Assembly (NCBI GenBank): GCA_964304625.1
Contig: OZ199838.1
Coordinates: 4,737,354-4,801,353 of the forward strand
Direction: 5' to 3'
DNA: 64,000 bases
From: Kudoa neothunni
Lineage: Eukaryota; Animalia; Cnidaria
Shown: in pieces, positions 28,301-41,665 of the stretch
Layout: every line of letters starts with the position of its first letter
Numbering within the stretch: position 1 is the first letter of the stretch
Notes under the pieces: generated by a model
Told to the model about the DNA's origin: nothing
Databases searched by the model: none
Seen by the model: only the letters and a program-made list of their open reading frames with translations
Position numbers and translations under genes: made by a program

Positions 28301-29366
28301 AACAAACGCTCACATCATTTGGAAAATATCTCTTTATGGTAAATTTAATAATACATACATTTGTATTTGTATGTAAAATATTTTTCATTTTCAATGCTTT
28401 TTAGAACAATATTGAAAATTTGTTGAACTTTCTATATTCTGATACTATTCTCCAAGAACCACTTGTACTTGCTCGTTTACAATCACTTTTCGAAGTTGTT
28501 GTAAATTATGTAAATTCTAATTCGTTGTAGTAAGAATTGTCTTCTAATTAAACAAACATGGTAGGGTCTATTTTTCAATTTTAACAACTTACTCGCCAAC
28601 AATATATCACTTCAAAGGGAAATTATTGTTTCTCTTTTTAACAAAACTTTACAAGTAAATTATTTTCTAGCTACTCTCTTGTCTTAACAAGTGAAAATTT
28701 TAGGCAATCTTCTATCATCAAAATGATCCCACTCCTCAAAATCTACTTGTCACCCATGCGTTTCTCATTTACAAGAACTATGTAATCAGTTATGAGGGGT
28801 AGGATAGAATCTATATTCGGATTTAGTTTGTTTTCAAAGAGCTATTCAGAGAGGGAATTTTATCTATTGGTATCTCCTCAGTCCCACAGCTTTTAGAGGT
28901 TATCTATTTTACTGAATTAAAACTGCAATCTGTTTTAGGATGTGGAACAATCGTTTTCCCAATTTTCCTCTCACGATCTTGATATCACCAATATTTCCTA
29001 TTGCAACAATTCTTTTGTCAAACAAAAAAAGTGTTTCAAAGCGCTTTTCTCAGCTATCATCAATGTATATTGATAATTTTTTTTCGACTCTAGCATTCGC
29101 ATAAACTCATTATAAATTATCATGTTTACTAAAATATGTAGTCGTTCAAAGTAATAATGTTGAATTTTAGCATCTTAATGGTACACAAACCGAACGTGAA
29201 CAATGTGGCAATCTTTCCTTCTCTGTACAGTATGCGAATGCGATCAAACTGCAAAAATCCAAATCTATGCCAACTCAAAATATTGATATTATTGACGTTG
29301 CTAGCATATTTCAATAGAATTTTTTTCGTGCTGAATGTGATCTCTATTGTATCTGTATTTGTTTAA
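13379..29366 (+). CDS. Large multi-exon gene of unknown product (helical, ARM/HEAT-like); exon clusters ~13379-14151, 17261-~19015, 24666-~26090, 28404-~29366
   Basis: The first five exons join in frame via short GT-AG introns (MERGKAEFCALVDML...FVEDMTNERM|LLLLEQNS...). Later clusters show the same exon/short-intron texture. Whether all clusters form one gene is inferred, not proven. Confidence 0.55.
15463..15538. mobile_element. 76-bp hAT mini-MITE
   Basis: TIR CAGTGTTTCCCAA / TTGGGAAACATTG; flanks CCCGAAAA and CCCTAAAG (6/8 match, degenerate 8-bp TSD). Confidence 0.65.
15547..16586. mobile_element. Non-autonomous hAT (Buster-type) element
   Basis: TIR CAGGGGTCGGCAA / TTGCCGACCCCTG; perfect 8-bp TSD CCCTAAAG at 15539-15546 and 16587-16594; GAGCCGCA subterminal motifs. 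Confidence 0.9.
20498..22373. mobile_element. 1.9-kb element with ~70-bp imperfect TIRs and decayed interior, possibly PIF/Harbinger-ISL2EU-like
   Basis: GGCACAGGCTATTCTTAAGATATAGAATATCTCCTAGAATAACT... is mirrored at 22305-22373; TTA/TAA flanks; minus-strand relic 'RIRQGYFGRL' near 20800-20850. Superfamily call is weak. Confidence 0.6.
22967..24095 (+). mobile_element. ~1.1-kb non-autonomous piggyBac-like element, copy 1
   Basis: TTAA flanks; ends CCATCCCTGT / ACAGGGAGGG; similar along its length to the reverse complement of 47489-48643. Confidence 0.8.
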
Positions 29367-29480
29367 TTTAATAGTCGCCCAATTTTTTGATTGGCGGGTC
29401 GCATTTTCGATTTCCATGCGCTTAGAGGGCCGGATTAAAACAGTTGTTTTTCTAGACAATTATAAAAATGAAGCAAACAT

Positions 29481-30038
29481 ACCGGTTTTTACATCCAAAC
29501 CCGGAATACTTTAACTTAAGGTTAATGGCAATTTTTTCTTGTTATGTAATAGCGTTAGATAAACAAAGAGAAGTTTATATATATAAATACCGAATACACG
29601 TATTATTTTGATCCAATTGCGGTTGACATCCATTAAAGAAAAATCTTGACCAAAGAATGTTTCGAAATGCTCAAAATAACCCTTTAGATTATATTCAGTC
29701 ATCTTGATTGAAGCGTTTCTGGTATCCTTTCTAATAATCTTTTTGAGCAGATTAGTAGCCTATATTTTTTAGCCAAGTCACTTAGTGTTGACTTCGGAAT
29801 TCCTAAATCCTAGGAAACTACTTTCTGGCCCTCTCCATTGTTAACAACAAGATTGCAAGCAAGAACTCCCTTATCTTTAGGATTATGCATTTTTCTGGAC
29901 TTCCGTAATGTTGCTTGATTTAGATCTAGTTTCAATTGCGACGAATTCACTTTTAACGCTGAAAAAAATAGTTTCAATTACAACGAATCCGGTACTGTTT
30001 GCAACAAATCTGGTTTTGGATGAAAAACCAACCCGGTG
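29481..30038 (-). mobile_element. Internally deleted pogo/Tc1-like relic with an HTH fragment
   Basis: Imperfect inverted ends ACCGGTTTTTACATCCAAACCCGG / TCTGGTTTTGGATGAAAAACC; minus strand reads 'DLGIPKSTLSDL' (psq-type HTH). Confidence 0.45.
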
Positions 30039-30797
30039 ATTAAATATAGGATATTATGAATTTATTTTTGAATGTGAAACATGAAAATGGTTTTTGTTCC
30101 ATAAAAGTTTATCCCACTGAGGTGCCAAACGAGTAGTTCAATCATAAGCAATGCGTTAAGATATTAACTGAAAACAGATTCCTGTGGTAGGATTTAACTT
30201 TTTTTGAATATAAGATCCTATTGGTATTAAATACAATCCGTAGTCTGCGGTATAATTCAAAGAAGTCGCAATATTGATTATATTTGTGGTTGTAATTAAA
30301 AATTGATTTTTTCAAACAAAAATTACTTAGTTTATTAATTTGATTGTATTCGAGTTTTGTGGATACTAGTAAGGTGTTCACTTGCCGAGTTATAAATTTT
30401 GAATTATTCTTTTATTCATCGCCATTTAGACGTAAGTACATAATTTTATCAAGTACTGTATATGATGTTAGCAGTTATCTAAGGAACGGTGGTTATTATT
30501 TCAGCATTTTGAATTTCTAGTAACAAATCAATTAAACCCAAACTAATCAAAATTAGCATTAATAAATTCAATTAATATATCATTTAAGTTTAAATAATTA
30601 AGAAATATAAATTGTTGGAAGCACGTGAATCAAATAAAACTTTAAAAAAATATTTTATCGTTTCATATCTTTTACGTGTTGAGAAGCTTGCTATATTAGT
30701 GTGTCGATATTCTCTATTATTTAATTATAACTAAATAAAACCATAAGAAACTAGATGAGGAGTTTTAATCATCGTTAATCTACTAAAGTAATGTACT

Positions 30798-31288
30798 TTT
30801 TTTGTTTACAAGGTCAAACCCCCGGCGCAACTTGTAAGGTGAAGTTCGGGCTGGTTTGGCTTCCCCATTTACACTGTAGGCACTGCAGCGCCATATTTAG
30901 GCGGTTTACGTTTATGCGATAATGTGGGATTTTAACCCATTAAACATCCTCGTTTTGGAGCAACCACCACCCCAACCATATCCTGGACTAACCCAGAATT
31001 AATCTGGAAGAGTCGTCTGAACGCGGGCGTTGGCTCTACGGAAGCCCCCTACTGGGTTGTATTTCTCTCCTGTACCCTTGCGTTTATGAGCGCCCGAATC
31101 TACCCTTCTGCCAGGCTCCCCTCCCAGCTGCAAGCAAGGCCACGATAAATCGTAGATCCTTGCAATTACTACAGCCTTCCTACTTAATTTCGGATTAGGA
31201 ATACAGAAACGCCTGGACTAGACTTCGAATTCACAACCTCATGGTACGCGATCTCGACCTAGCACCACTATGCCATATTGTCCAGGCT
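30798..31288 (-). mobile_element. tRNA-derived SINE, type A, copy 1 (~490 bp)
   Basis: Minus strand: GCCTGG...CCAGGC acceptor-like stem, A-box TGGCATAGTGG, B-box-like GAATTCGAAGTC, ends ...ACCTTGTAAACAAAAAAA. Degenerate 14-bp TSD (TAAAGTAATGTACT / TAATGCAATGCACT, 11/14). Colinear with 38795-39290. Confidence 0.85.
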
Positions 31289-33285
31289 TAATGCAATGCA
31301 CTGATAGCCTTCAAGAGAACCGATACGATACAGTTTTGAGGGTGAAAGCGCATTCTAGTTTTAGCGGGGATATCGCCGGCAATATTTTGGTGACCTTTCA
31401 TCTAGATAAGCGTTTTCTAACTGGCTGGTCGTGTGATAATCAAATAAGGCTTAATACATGCGAAATTTTTAAACTTAATCTGACATTTTTTATTACGTTT
31501 CATTTAATCAAACTTTCTGAGGGTTATTTTAGTCAATCCTCAAAATGATTTGAAGTATAAATGTCATAAAATAATTTAATTATAATATTTTCTTTTTTAT
31601 TTAATCAGATTAAACATAAAATAAAAACGATTGCATCATTCAATAAAATATGAACAGATCGTAAAAAATAGGCTTATTGGAATAATTTGTCTCAACATAT
31701 TCATACGAAAATTGGTTGAAATTATTTTATTATAAAAAATCATAGAATGTTAAAAAATAGTGTAATTATAAAATAATGCAAATAACCTCTCTTAATAGAA
31801 ATAAATCAAATTTTCTTATAATCAGTTTGTTCTTTTATTGTGGCCGTTTAGTTCTCCAAAATAAATGTAAATTTCGCCTCATCAAATATAAGGGAGATAG
31901 GTCTAATTTTCACCCGGGATGCGCTACTTTAGTTAATTTATAAAAGTATTTACATACCAAAGAATTGGTTCATATTAAAACAAATATTTTTTTTACCCAA
32001 TACACGCATGATTTATTCGACTGATCGTTAAAAGAATTAACAATGTCTTTTTAAGGTTTCATTCATTTTTCTCAATTGCGAAGAAATTTATTGAATTGAA
32101 ACTTATTTAATCGTAATAAATAAGTAAATTATACAAGTAAATAGAATTTTTTAAATAACTATTGCACGGAAGATGCGAGAGAATAGTTTATGTAGGATTA
32201 ATGAAGTCAACACCTGCTGTGGTGGCAGCAATTAGGTAACTAAGTATTTGGTTTAATCCCTCTACAAGAGCGGCACCGTTTTTCGTAACCATATGTGTTA
32301 GTATTCAGGGAATTTTCGATGTTGGTCTCAAAATGATTTTTCTCTGTGGCGTGTGGGTACAACACCATTTACTTTATACATAATTACAAATTAATTACTT
32401 AATTAATGGAGTATTTCTTAAAAGCCTGAAAGTTGAAACGTAATTAGCATAACAATCACTATTTTTCCAAGAATATTAAATTAAAAAATTATGCCAAATA
32501 CTTTCACATTGATAGTCTACTTATTTATGCTGAGATATTAATCGAAAACTTAAAAAATTACAAAACCTACGTACAAGACAAATTAAAAAATTATATTTTG
32601 AAACAGTAACCATTGAAATTATTCATAGTTTAATAAATACTAAAATTAATCCTCCGTAACAATATAATAAATATATTAGACAATATCATTAATATTGTAA
32701 TAAATACTTATTTTTACATAATAAATAATAAATACACAAGAAAACTTTAACAACTTCATTTATAAATGATAAAAAATTTCAAATCTAAAGAATTAAACAG
32801 GTTCCCTTTCTCTATGATATTTCCCTTAAGACCACCCAGGGGTACAGGAAATTTGAATCAATTAATTCCTTCTCAGTCTTTCGGAAATTAATTAATTTAT
32901 CTTGAATGGTTTGTAAACTTAAAATTATGCCACGTCCATACAATAATAAGAAGCTGATAAATAAAAAACGACTTAAAATAATTTCTATCAATATTTACAA
33001 TCTAACCATAAGTGCAATGTTAATTCATTTTCCATTTTTTGCAAGAAAGATTACACAACATTATTTTCAAGTGAGTCGATCATGATTATTTTTAGTTAAC
33101 TATACATTATATTGAGATCAATCGAATCAATTGAATTTCCGAAAGCATACAGAATATTTTCGTGGGAACATCGTTACCTAAATGCTCACTCACCTGTATA
33201 TGCGCAGTCACGGCTCTACAAAAGTTTGATTTTGTTTTCTTTCTTGAAAACTGCTTCTATTAATGAATTTAAATTTTTTCTTAGA

Positions 33286-36200
33286 ATGCACCGAGTCAAT
33301 ATCTTATTTCTTCTCATATCAGTTATAATGATGTCGAATGAGATATTGTGTGTGGATAGAAATAAATTTAAAACATGTGAACAACAAGATTTTTGCAGGT
33401 AAAAGTTATCCTATTATTTTGCACAAAAATTGATCATAATTAGGGATTTAATAAAATTAAATCCCAATAATTTTCGTTTTAAACTCGAATCTAATACGGT
33501 TAAATGTGGGAATGGTGTCATGGAAGCAATTTATTCTAATACTGAAGACAAAGACGAAGTCAAATCCAGGATTCTAGTTCAAGTGTCCAACGTAGAATCG
33601 CTGGAAGCTGTTCGCGTAAAAGTAACTGAGATCGATCCAACCTATCATCGATTCGAAGTGTTTCGAGATATTTTAAATCAAGGGATCCAAGATGAACCTT
33701 CTATCAATGCGTAATGTTTTTGCTGTATAAGTAGTTTTTTATTTTTTATTAAAGCCATAAAAGATTAATCTCTAACGATAAACAATGCATAATGAATTTG
33801 AACAATAACGTCCAATTGTATTTTCAGTATGAACCATTGTTGATCTATGCCAGTGATGGCGAATCAACATTCTTCTCCCTTAATGAGCATGGTTTACTTC
33901 AGATGGAGTCACATAAAAATAGGTAGTTGATTTTTTGGTCAAACGATTTTGTAAATATTTGTAAAAGTGATGGTTATCGAATCGTAAAGAATACCAACCA
34001 AACATCCACCGTATTTTAACATTTGACGTTTTTGTTAATTTCTAAATTGAATTAGGAGGCATTTCCAGAAGTTCCGAAGGGTATAATTTGATTGGTTCAT
34101 TAATTCGTTCATTTGAAAGATCATTTCGTTAACAGGCAGAAGAGCTGTGAGTCTTGATGTAAATTTTAAAAATTTTGACCAACTCTATGGACTCCCTGAG
34201 CACACCGACGAGTTTGCCATGGATTTCAGGTATTAATTTAGATCTTGTTTACTCTTTGTTCAATTACTATTCTCTTCAATAAATAGTAAAAACCAACCTT
34301 ATCGACTGAAAAATTTGGATGTGTTTGAATATGAGCTTGATGAGCGTATGGCATTGTATGGCGCAGTTCCTTTTGTTCATGCTCACAGGTATTTTTGAAT
34401 CAAACTCAAGGACACAATGATTTTTTATTGATTAGTGCGAAAAAATCGATTGGTGTTTTTTGGAACAACGTAGCTGAAACATGGGTTGATTTGAAAAGTG
34501 TCACTGTAATTCTTATTGTTTAGATCTGTAATGTGTAGTCTTTTTAAGAAAAATGAATATGTCATCTTCAAAAAGGACACTGGTGACAGACGTTTACATT
34601 TCATATCAGAAGCTGGTATTGTTGATTTGTTTATTATGTTTGGCCCTACCCCTCATGATGTCTCAAAACAATTTGCTTCTATAATTGGTTATCAACAACT
34701 TCCTCCAGTAATTGTTTTTTGCATAAATTCTTATTATAACGATTGTAAAGTTGACCTCGATTGGCTTTCATCAATGCCGTTGGAATTATATGACTCAAGA
34801 AGAAACAGCTGAGTATGCTTGTTTGTGTGGTTTATAATAAAATTATGTGTAGAATTGTCCAAAAATTCGATGAACACGATATTCCCTTAGATTATATATG
34901 GTTAGACATTGAACATACTGATAGAAAAAAGTATCTCAATTTTACCCAAAACCCCAATAAACAAAGTGTGAATATATTCTCCATTAAGATATTTCACGTG
35001 GAACCCAAGCACATTTAACGATCCTGTAGCTATGTTAAAAAACATAACCGACCTAGGAAGACGAGTACTTCTTTCAAATTAATCTATCTATCCATCTCAT
35101 TGATTGATTTATTTATTTATTTAGTTGGTAACTATTGTTGATCCCCATATCGCTACCCTATCAGAGCATAAAATTTATTCTGTAATTGAATTGCTTTGAA
35201 TGACCAACTTGCCAACCTATGGTAAAATTATTTATTTCCTCCTTATTTTAATAGGATTTCCTTGCTGATAACAACAAGTGCCTTGTTAAAAATGCGGATG
35301 GAAGTAGATTTGATGGATGGTGCTGGCCTGGCAACTCTGTATATCCTGATCTTCTCAATCCTGAAGCAAGACAACTTTTCTCCAAATATTTCAGCTTTGA
35401 TTTATATAAAGTAGAAGTTTAATAAACAGCGTAGTAAGGGAGTGATATTTGGATTTTCTAGGGATCCTCTGTTGATGTTCACACATGGATCGATATGAAC
35501 GAAGTAGAACATTGTTTAAACGAGTTATTTTAATGCAAATCATTAATATTTGTTGGTGTAGCCATCGGTGTTTAGTGGGCCCGAAGTTACCGCCCCGAAA
35601 GATACAGTATACTATGGAAACTGGGAAAATAGAGATATTCACAATATATATGGTTATTTGTTTCACGAGGCAGTCTTTCAAGGGTTGCTCAAACGCACCA
35701 ATGGGCGATATAGACCGTTCATTCTTTCACGATCCTTCTACGCTGGCACTCAAAAATTCGGTGCTGTTTGGACTGGAGATAACTTTGCCAAATGGGGCCA
35801 CCTTAAGGTTTCCATACCAATGTTGTTGTCGCTTAGTGTCTCTGGAGTTCATTTTGTTGGGGCTGATGTTGGCGGATTTTTTGGCCACCCCAGTGAAGAA
35901 CTTTTTATTCGTTGGATGCAAGCTGGCTCATTGACTCCCTTTATGCGTAGTCACGCCCATCTAGATAGTCCTAAAAGAGAGCCTTGGGTTTACAGCAAAA
36001 AATGTCTTGATATCACTCGAGAAACAATCTCATTGCGATACACCTATCTTCCTTATCTCTATCTAGCATTCTATGAATCAAGTCTACTTGGAAAACCGAT
36101 CATGAAGTAATATCTACGCCTGTAAGTAGTGTGATCTTGTTCTATCTCAGACCGCTTTGGTTCAATTTCCCCGAAGACACTCAAACATTCAAATTGGAAT

Positions 36201-37108
36201 CATCTTTCATGATAGGTTACTATTGTTGTTTCCAATGACATTCAACAGTAAAACTGCGTATATAGGCGATGCTCTTCTTGCAATACCTGTCCTAGATGAA
36301 GGTAGCACCAAAGTTAGGGCCTATTTCCCAGCACACAATATCTCTAGAACAGTAGATGATTAAATATGTTGACCCCGAATTTGAACTCATGGTTAGTTGT
36401 GGTATGATGTTGAAACCTATCAAAGTTACGAGGGAGGCAAAACCTACGATGTTGATGCCCCTTTGGCTAAAGTAAACAATTCGTGTGAGAAGTTGTTTAT
36501 ATGTGTGTTTGAGTAGCTTCCATTGTTCCAAAAAGAAGGTACAATAATACCTCGATGGATGAGGAAACGAAGGTCTGCATCTAGAATGTATTATGATCCA
36601 ATAACTCTAGTGGTTATCCCCAACCAAGATGTGTCTACTCTTGTGCAATTTAAATGTTCTGAGTTTTAAAACTTAGGGATATGCTGAAGGTAAACTTTAC
36701 ATGGACGATTTTGATACTACGGATCATCAAACTGCACAGGAGTATCTACTTGTACGTTTCACTTTGGAGAATAACATGCTGAGCTCGACGTACTGTTTCA
36801 ATTAATTTTTAATTGTTCCATATTTGTTCTCTGACTAGTATCTTACATCTTCCCAAAAATCTTCAACTCAAAAACATCATTGAAAGAATAATTGTTTTTT
36901 CTGATCATCTTTCAACCCCTAAAGATTATCATATGAAATATAGTGGTTTCTAAATTATCCAATCCGAATGACAATTATTTTAGAAGGTGATGAGCTTAGA
37001 TCAACCTATTCACTTGAATCAATAGTCAACTCAAAGGCTGGAAATAGTTTCATTATCCGAAATCCAATGCTCAATGTCAACAAAGAATTTACTGTTGTTT
37101 TTAACTGA
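33286..37108 (+). CDS. GANAB: Glucosidase II alpha subunit (neutral alpha-glucosidase AB, GH31), 23 exons
   Basis: Signal peptide then [83 protein letters not shown] and REPW. All 22 GT-AG introns (~40-72 nt) splice in frame to TGA at 37106-37108. Confidence 0.95.
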
Positions 37109-37257
37109 TATAAATTCCTTCTAATAATCATGGCAGGCTAGGCGAGCCATTTATCTGTTTCACTTCTCAGTTTTACTAATTTATAAATTTATTGTATAAA
37201 TAAAGGGATTTTTGGATAATTACTCTAGTTTGGCTGCAATAATAATATAAAGAAGTA

Positions 37258-37484
37258 CAGTCGTGCCTGGATATCGCGCGGTTTGATGGGACCAACGAAA
37301 AACCATGCTGTAGGAAGGACATCTCGCAATAACTTGGCATAACATATTTAGATTTTTTTATTGTTATTTTAAAAATAATAGTTTACAAGAGTTTTAAAAA
37401 TAAAATTTATAGACCACTTTTGAAATTCTAAATTCAATTAACAATTCCACATTATTAAAATTATGCTATATCCAGATCCAACTG
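37258..37484. mobile_element. Tigger-like MITE
   Basis: TA|CAGTCGTGCCTGGATATCGC ... GCTATATCCAGATCCAACTG|TA; related to 37969-38204 and to an end at ~2760-2787. Confidence 0.65.
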
Positions 37485-37968
37485 TATTTAGTGTATCAAT
37501 TGTAAATTTGATTCTATTATGAAGTGTAAGGAGAAACGATATTTAATTTACATCTTAAAAGCTAAGAATCTTGAGGAATGTTTTTTTGGATTATTTTTGT
37601 TGAGCTTCCGTCAAGTAAATAATCGGGATGAAGCAAACTTGAAATAATGAAAAGCGCTTCAATGTTCTTTTTAAATAGAAGATAGTAAAGTTTAAAGAGA
37701 AAATTGTAAGACTTGACTATAAATAATCCTTCTTGATATATCAAAACAAAGCTAATAGGGTTTTATTCTTTTATTACACTTTATGAAAAAAAATTTAAGA
37801 AAAATTAATTCGTTTGTCTGTGGTCGGATTTAAGGTCTTTACGTGTGTATTAAATACAGGTTTCATTCAATTTTTTATATGAACAAGCTTACGTAACTGA
37901 AAATACGGAAAATATTTATTAATGATACACTTTTTAGACTTCTCATTTGTTCAGAAAATTTCACAATA

Positions 37969-38204
37969 CAGTCGAGATTCGATATTGCGTAATTTTTTGG
38001 ACTGAAGAAAAATTACACAAAAAGGTTTTAAGCGATATCGAATCGGGGGCACATAGAAACAATATTTTTTTAATTTTTTCCCAAATTAGTAACTTATTAA
38101 TTTTAATTATAATAATATTTTAAAATTAAATTCCTATGTAATTGTTATCATAGTGAAAATCTTAAATTACGCAATATCCAATCACGCTATATCCAAATCG
38201 GCTG
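37969..38204. mobile_element. Tigger-like MITE, related copy
   Basis: TA|CAGTCGAGATTCGATATTGCGTAATTT ... AAATTACGCAATATCC...GCTATATCCAAATCGGCTG. Confidence 0.65.
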
Positions 38205-38511
38205 TGTATCGATTACCTATTGTATCGTGTCTATGTTTGAGGTTGAATTTTCATTTTTAAATTTATTAACACAATTATTTCGTACTGCTTTTTTATGAAT
38301 TAGCTTATAACCCCCGCTTGAACAAATCTCACCTAGAAGATATCGTTTAGCATTTTCAATCCACGATAGAATTCTTAGAAATGAACGGAGAGGGTCTATA
38401 TCAATGGTTCTTAACCTTTCTTACTTGTGGACCCCTAATGTATTCAATGGACTTTGCACGAACCCCATCATGCTTTGATGCATAATCCAACCATACGTAT
38501 AAATATTTCAA

Positions 38512-38675
38512 CCCTTTCGTTCCTAATGTTCCTTTTAATGAACAGATTAAAAAAGACTTAAAATTATTGCTGAATTTTTAATTTTAAACAAATGAAATTC
38601 AAATGGAATATAATCTTAATATTAGTTTAACTCAAAAAATTCTCGATGCAAGAGAAAAAATTGAGAACGAGAGGG
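38512..38675 (+). mobile_element. 164-bp piggyBac-type mini-MITE
   Basis: CCCTTTCGTTC ... GAACGAGAGGG|TTAA; an inverted related copy lies at 61484-61648. Confidence 0.75.
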
Positions 38676-38794
38676 TTAACTTAGATTGCTTATTTAATAT
38701 CCCCAATTTTATTAAAATGTTTATTCTGCGAATTAGTTATGTAATGGTTTTGTTTCGAAGTATATATTAAAGTTATTAATCATTAAGGCATGAA

Positions 38795-39290
38795 TTTTTT
38801 TTGTTTACAAGGTAAAACCCCTGGTGCAACTTGTTAGGTTGTGAGGTTCGGACTGGTTAGGCCTTCTCCATTTACGCTTCAGGTACCGCAGCGTCATATC
38901 AAGGCAACTTACGTTTATGCGATAATGTGGGATTTTAACCCATTAAACATCCTCGTTTCGGAGCAACCACCACCCCAACCATATCCTGGACTAACCCAGA
39001 ATTAATCTGGAAGAGTCGTCTGAACGCGGGCGTCGGCTCTCCGGAAACCCCCTACTGGGTTGTATTTCGTTCCTGTACCCCGCCGTTTATGCGCGCTCGA
39101 GGCCTACTCTTCTATTAGGTTCCCTCCCAGCCGCAAGCAAGGCCACGATTAATCGTAGACCTTTGCGATTACTACAGCCTTCCTATTTAATTTCGGATTA
39201 GGAGTACAGGAACGCCTGGACTAGGCTTCGAACTCGCAACCTCATGGTATGGGATCTCGACTTAACACCACGATGCCATATTACCCAGGC
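38795..39290 (-). mobile_element. tRNA-derived SINE, type A, copy 2
   Basis: Minus strand head GCCTGGGTAATATGGCATCGTGG...GAGTTCGAAGCCTAGTCCAGGC (A box and B box); A-rich tail; colinear with 30798-31288. Confidence 0.85.
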
Positions 39291-39499
39291 ATATCGGTCC
39301 TACGAATTAGCGGTCACCTACTGTAATGTTTGCATAAATCCCCAAATCATACCAATAATACCACGTGAAAATGTTATTGGTCATTTTGTAAGATGCAAAT
39401 ATTTAATAATTTTTTACGTATTTTTCTGTTAAAATAAAATTTTATCTTTCCATGTCTGCTCAAATGGAGCGATATGTCTCTCTATAAAGAATGAAAAAT

Positions 39500-40396
39500 G
39501 CGCACACACACACACGGACACTACTACTTATATATTAAGGGGGATAGACCAGCGCAAAAGTCTCGCTTCGCGTGGGCTTCATCGCAGACCAAAGCCTTGA
39601 GTAGGCCAAGGTCATTTTGTGTTCAAAGTCAATTATAATTATTTTATCGTTCATTTGATCGATAGATAAATAGATTAGGATACCGTGCAACGTTGAAATA
39701 ATGGATAACTTAAAGTGGTGAACAGTAACAGTTGTGGCACCCCTCTATGCCAAATAATCAAAATACATGATTATTTAATATTTTTCTTATATATTTCTAT
39801 AATTATATGATTTTTTCATTTCTCGTTTTCTGTCATTACGAAAAGTTGGTTAATTCGTAAGCAGGTTCTCGGCAAAAATGTACGCAAAGCACGTACAAAA
39901 TAGTCAAAATGAATTAAAATTAAAAAAATTTTTAATACATTTAATACATTCTATTATAAAATAATATTATTTATCTTTATAACAAAATTAATGAAACAGA
40001 AATCTTTTTGTTAAAAGTGCAAACGAGTCGTCAGTACGAAAAAACTGATCACCTACTGTATTTTGAAATCTTCGATATATAGCTTAAGTTTGAACTACTA
40101 AAAACTTTCAAAAGAACTTGCAGAATTTCAATGTACATAAGTGTCGCCATGAATAAACAGATCTAATCCTATTATTGAAGCCACGTAATCCGTCAAACAA
40201 ATCTAACACCGAGAATAACACAATTTCCTACATTATTTTTGAACTTGTATCTGTGTAATAACAAATAAAAAAATTTTTAAATAACCGCAAATTATTAAAA
40301 GCTACATAAATATCTATCTATAAGGGAAAATTTTCGCACATGCGTACTTAGGGACACACATACACGAACACTACAACTTTATATATATAAATAGAT
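39500..40396 (-). mobile_element. Helitron-like non-autonomous element termini
   Basis: Minus-strand 5' end ATCTATTTATATATATAAAG...GTACGCATGTGC at 40396 matches the plus-strand ATCTACTATATATATAAAG...GTACGCATGTGC at ~55992. GC-rich hairpin-type ends at ~39545-39580 and ~52606-52635. No TIR or TSD. Confidence 0.4.
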
Positions 40397-41665
40397 TTCG
40401 ATTTTTATAACTATTGGATTTGTGAAAAATAATAAGAATGCCGAAACTAATCTTCATTTTTTTAATTCCAATAAAATAGGTAGGAATAATAATAGTAAAA
40501 TGGAATCTTACATATTTAATCGAATAATCGTTAATTGTATGCAATAAATAGCGAGTGACTGCCCATTCCTTTATTATCAGTTTGTCAAAATTTAAAGTTA
40601 TTATCAAAAACGTCCCAACAAATGCTATAATATAGGATGCATATTTTTTATAAGTTCCAAAAAATTAAACGATATTTTCCCCATTAAAATAAATTTATTT
40701 TCTGGCTAATAAATCACAAATATTGAGTAAAACCATACGTTATATATATAGAATATTATAATTAGTTCATAATTCAGATTATTGATAAATTAAAAACTTC
40801 AAAGCTCTATAAATTGAGATATTAGTCATTCGATGTTATTTTTAATCGGAATTAGTCGACGTATCAAAAACGTAAATTTTTAAAGTTTTATCTATTTTTA
40901 AAAACATTAGACTGCATTTAATTAGCTATATTTCAGTCCAACCATTACAAATACATCCAAAAGGTTAGAATTTCTTATAGCAACTGGAATGTCATTTAGA
41001 AACCTTTTTTAAAAAATTTTCATAATATATTTTTTTAACACGATTTTAATGAGATAAAAATCATTTCATATCGATCCTAGGTTTTGTTTTTAATTAAAAT
41101 TTACAAAAATCGCATCTTTAGCAGATGTTTTAATTGATGAGTTAGTTACATTGGTACAAAACTGAAATTGAAACTCCGGTGCCATTAAAAATTGTCACAA
41201 CCATAGTTATAAAAACAGGTTTGGTCCTAGAAACACCTATTATGGATTTATTAACCTCATTTCATATCTTTATTGGTTTATTAATTCATTAAAAATAGCT
41301 TATGATATTTTTAGTATAAATTTCCAAGAAAATTAGTATATTCGATTCGACTAAAGTGTGTCATAAACATGTCGGCACTTTTGCTCTCATTCATGTCTGC
41401 TAACATACAATGAATGATGACTTAATTGTCTCCATAATCACAAATAAATGGCAGAAACAAAGTGTTACAGCGAAGTAAACATTGTTTTGGTCTCTTAGCT
41501 AGCGAGTGTTAATAGGATAAGCGTCTATTTAAGTGATGATTGAGTTGATAGTGTGATAAGCTCACAGCTCAGAGAACATTAAGCTAATTGATGTTTATTA
41601 TACCGTCAGCAAGAATGATAGTAAATATTTAACACAGCTATTTCATCCTACCCTAACTACTTTAG

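Noticed and set aside
33286-37108. Stop-codon reassignment to explain the fragmented ORFs
   Set aside because: All in-frame stops fall within short GT-AG introns; GANAB, Rab35 and USF translate cleanly with the standard code
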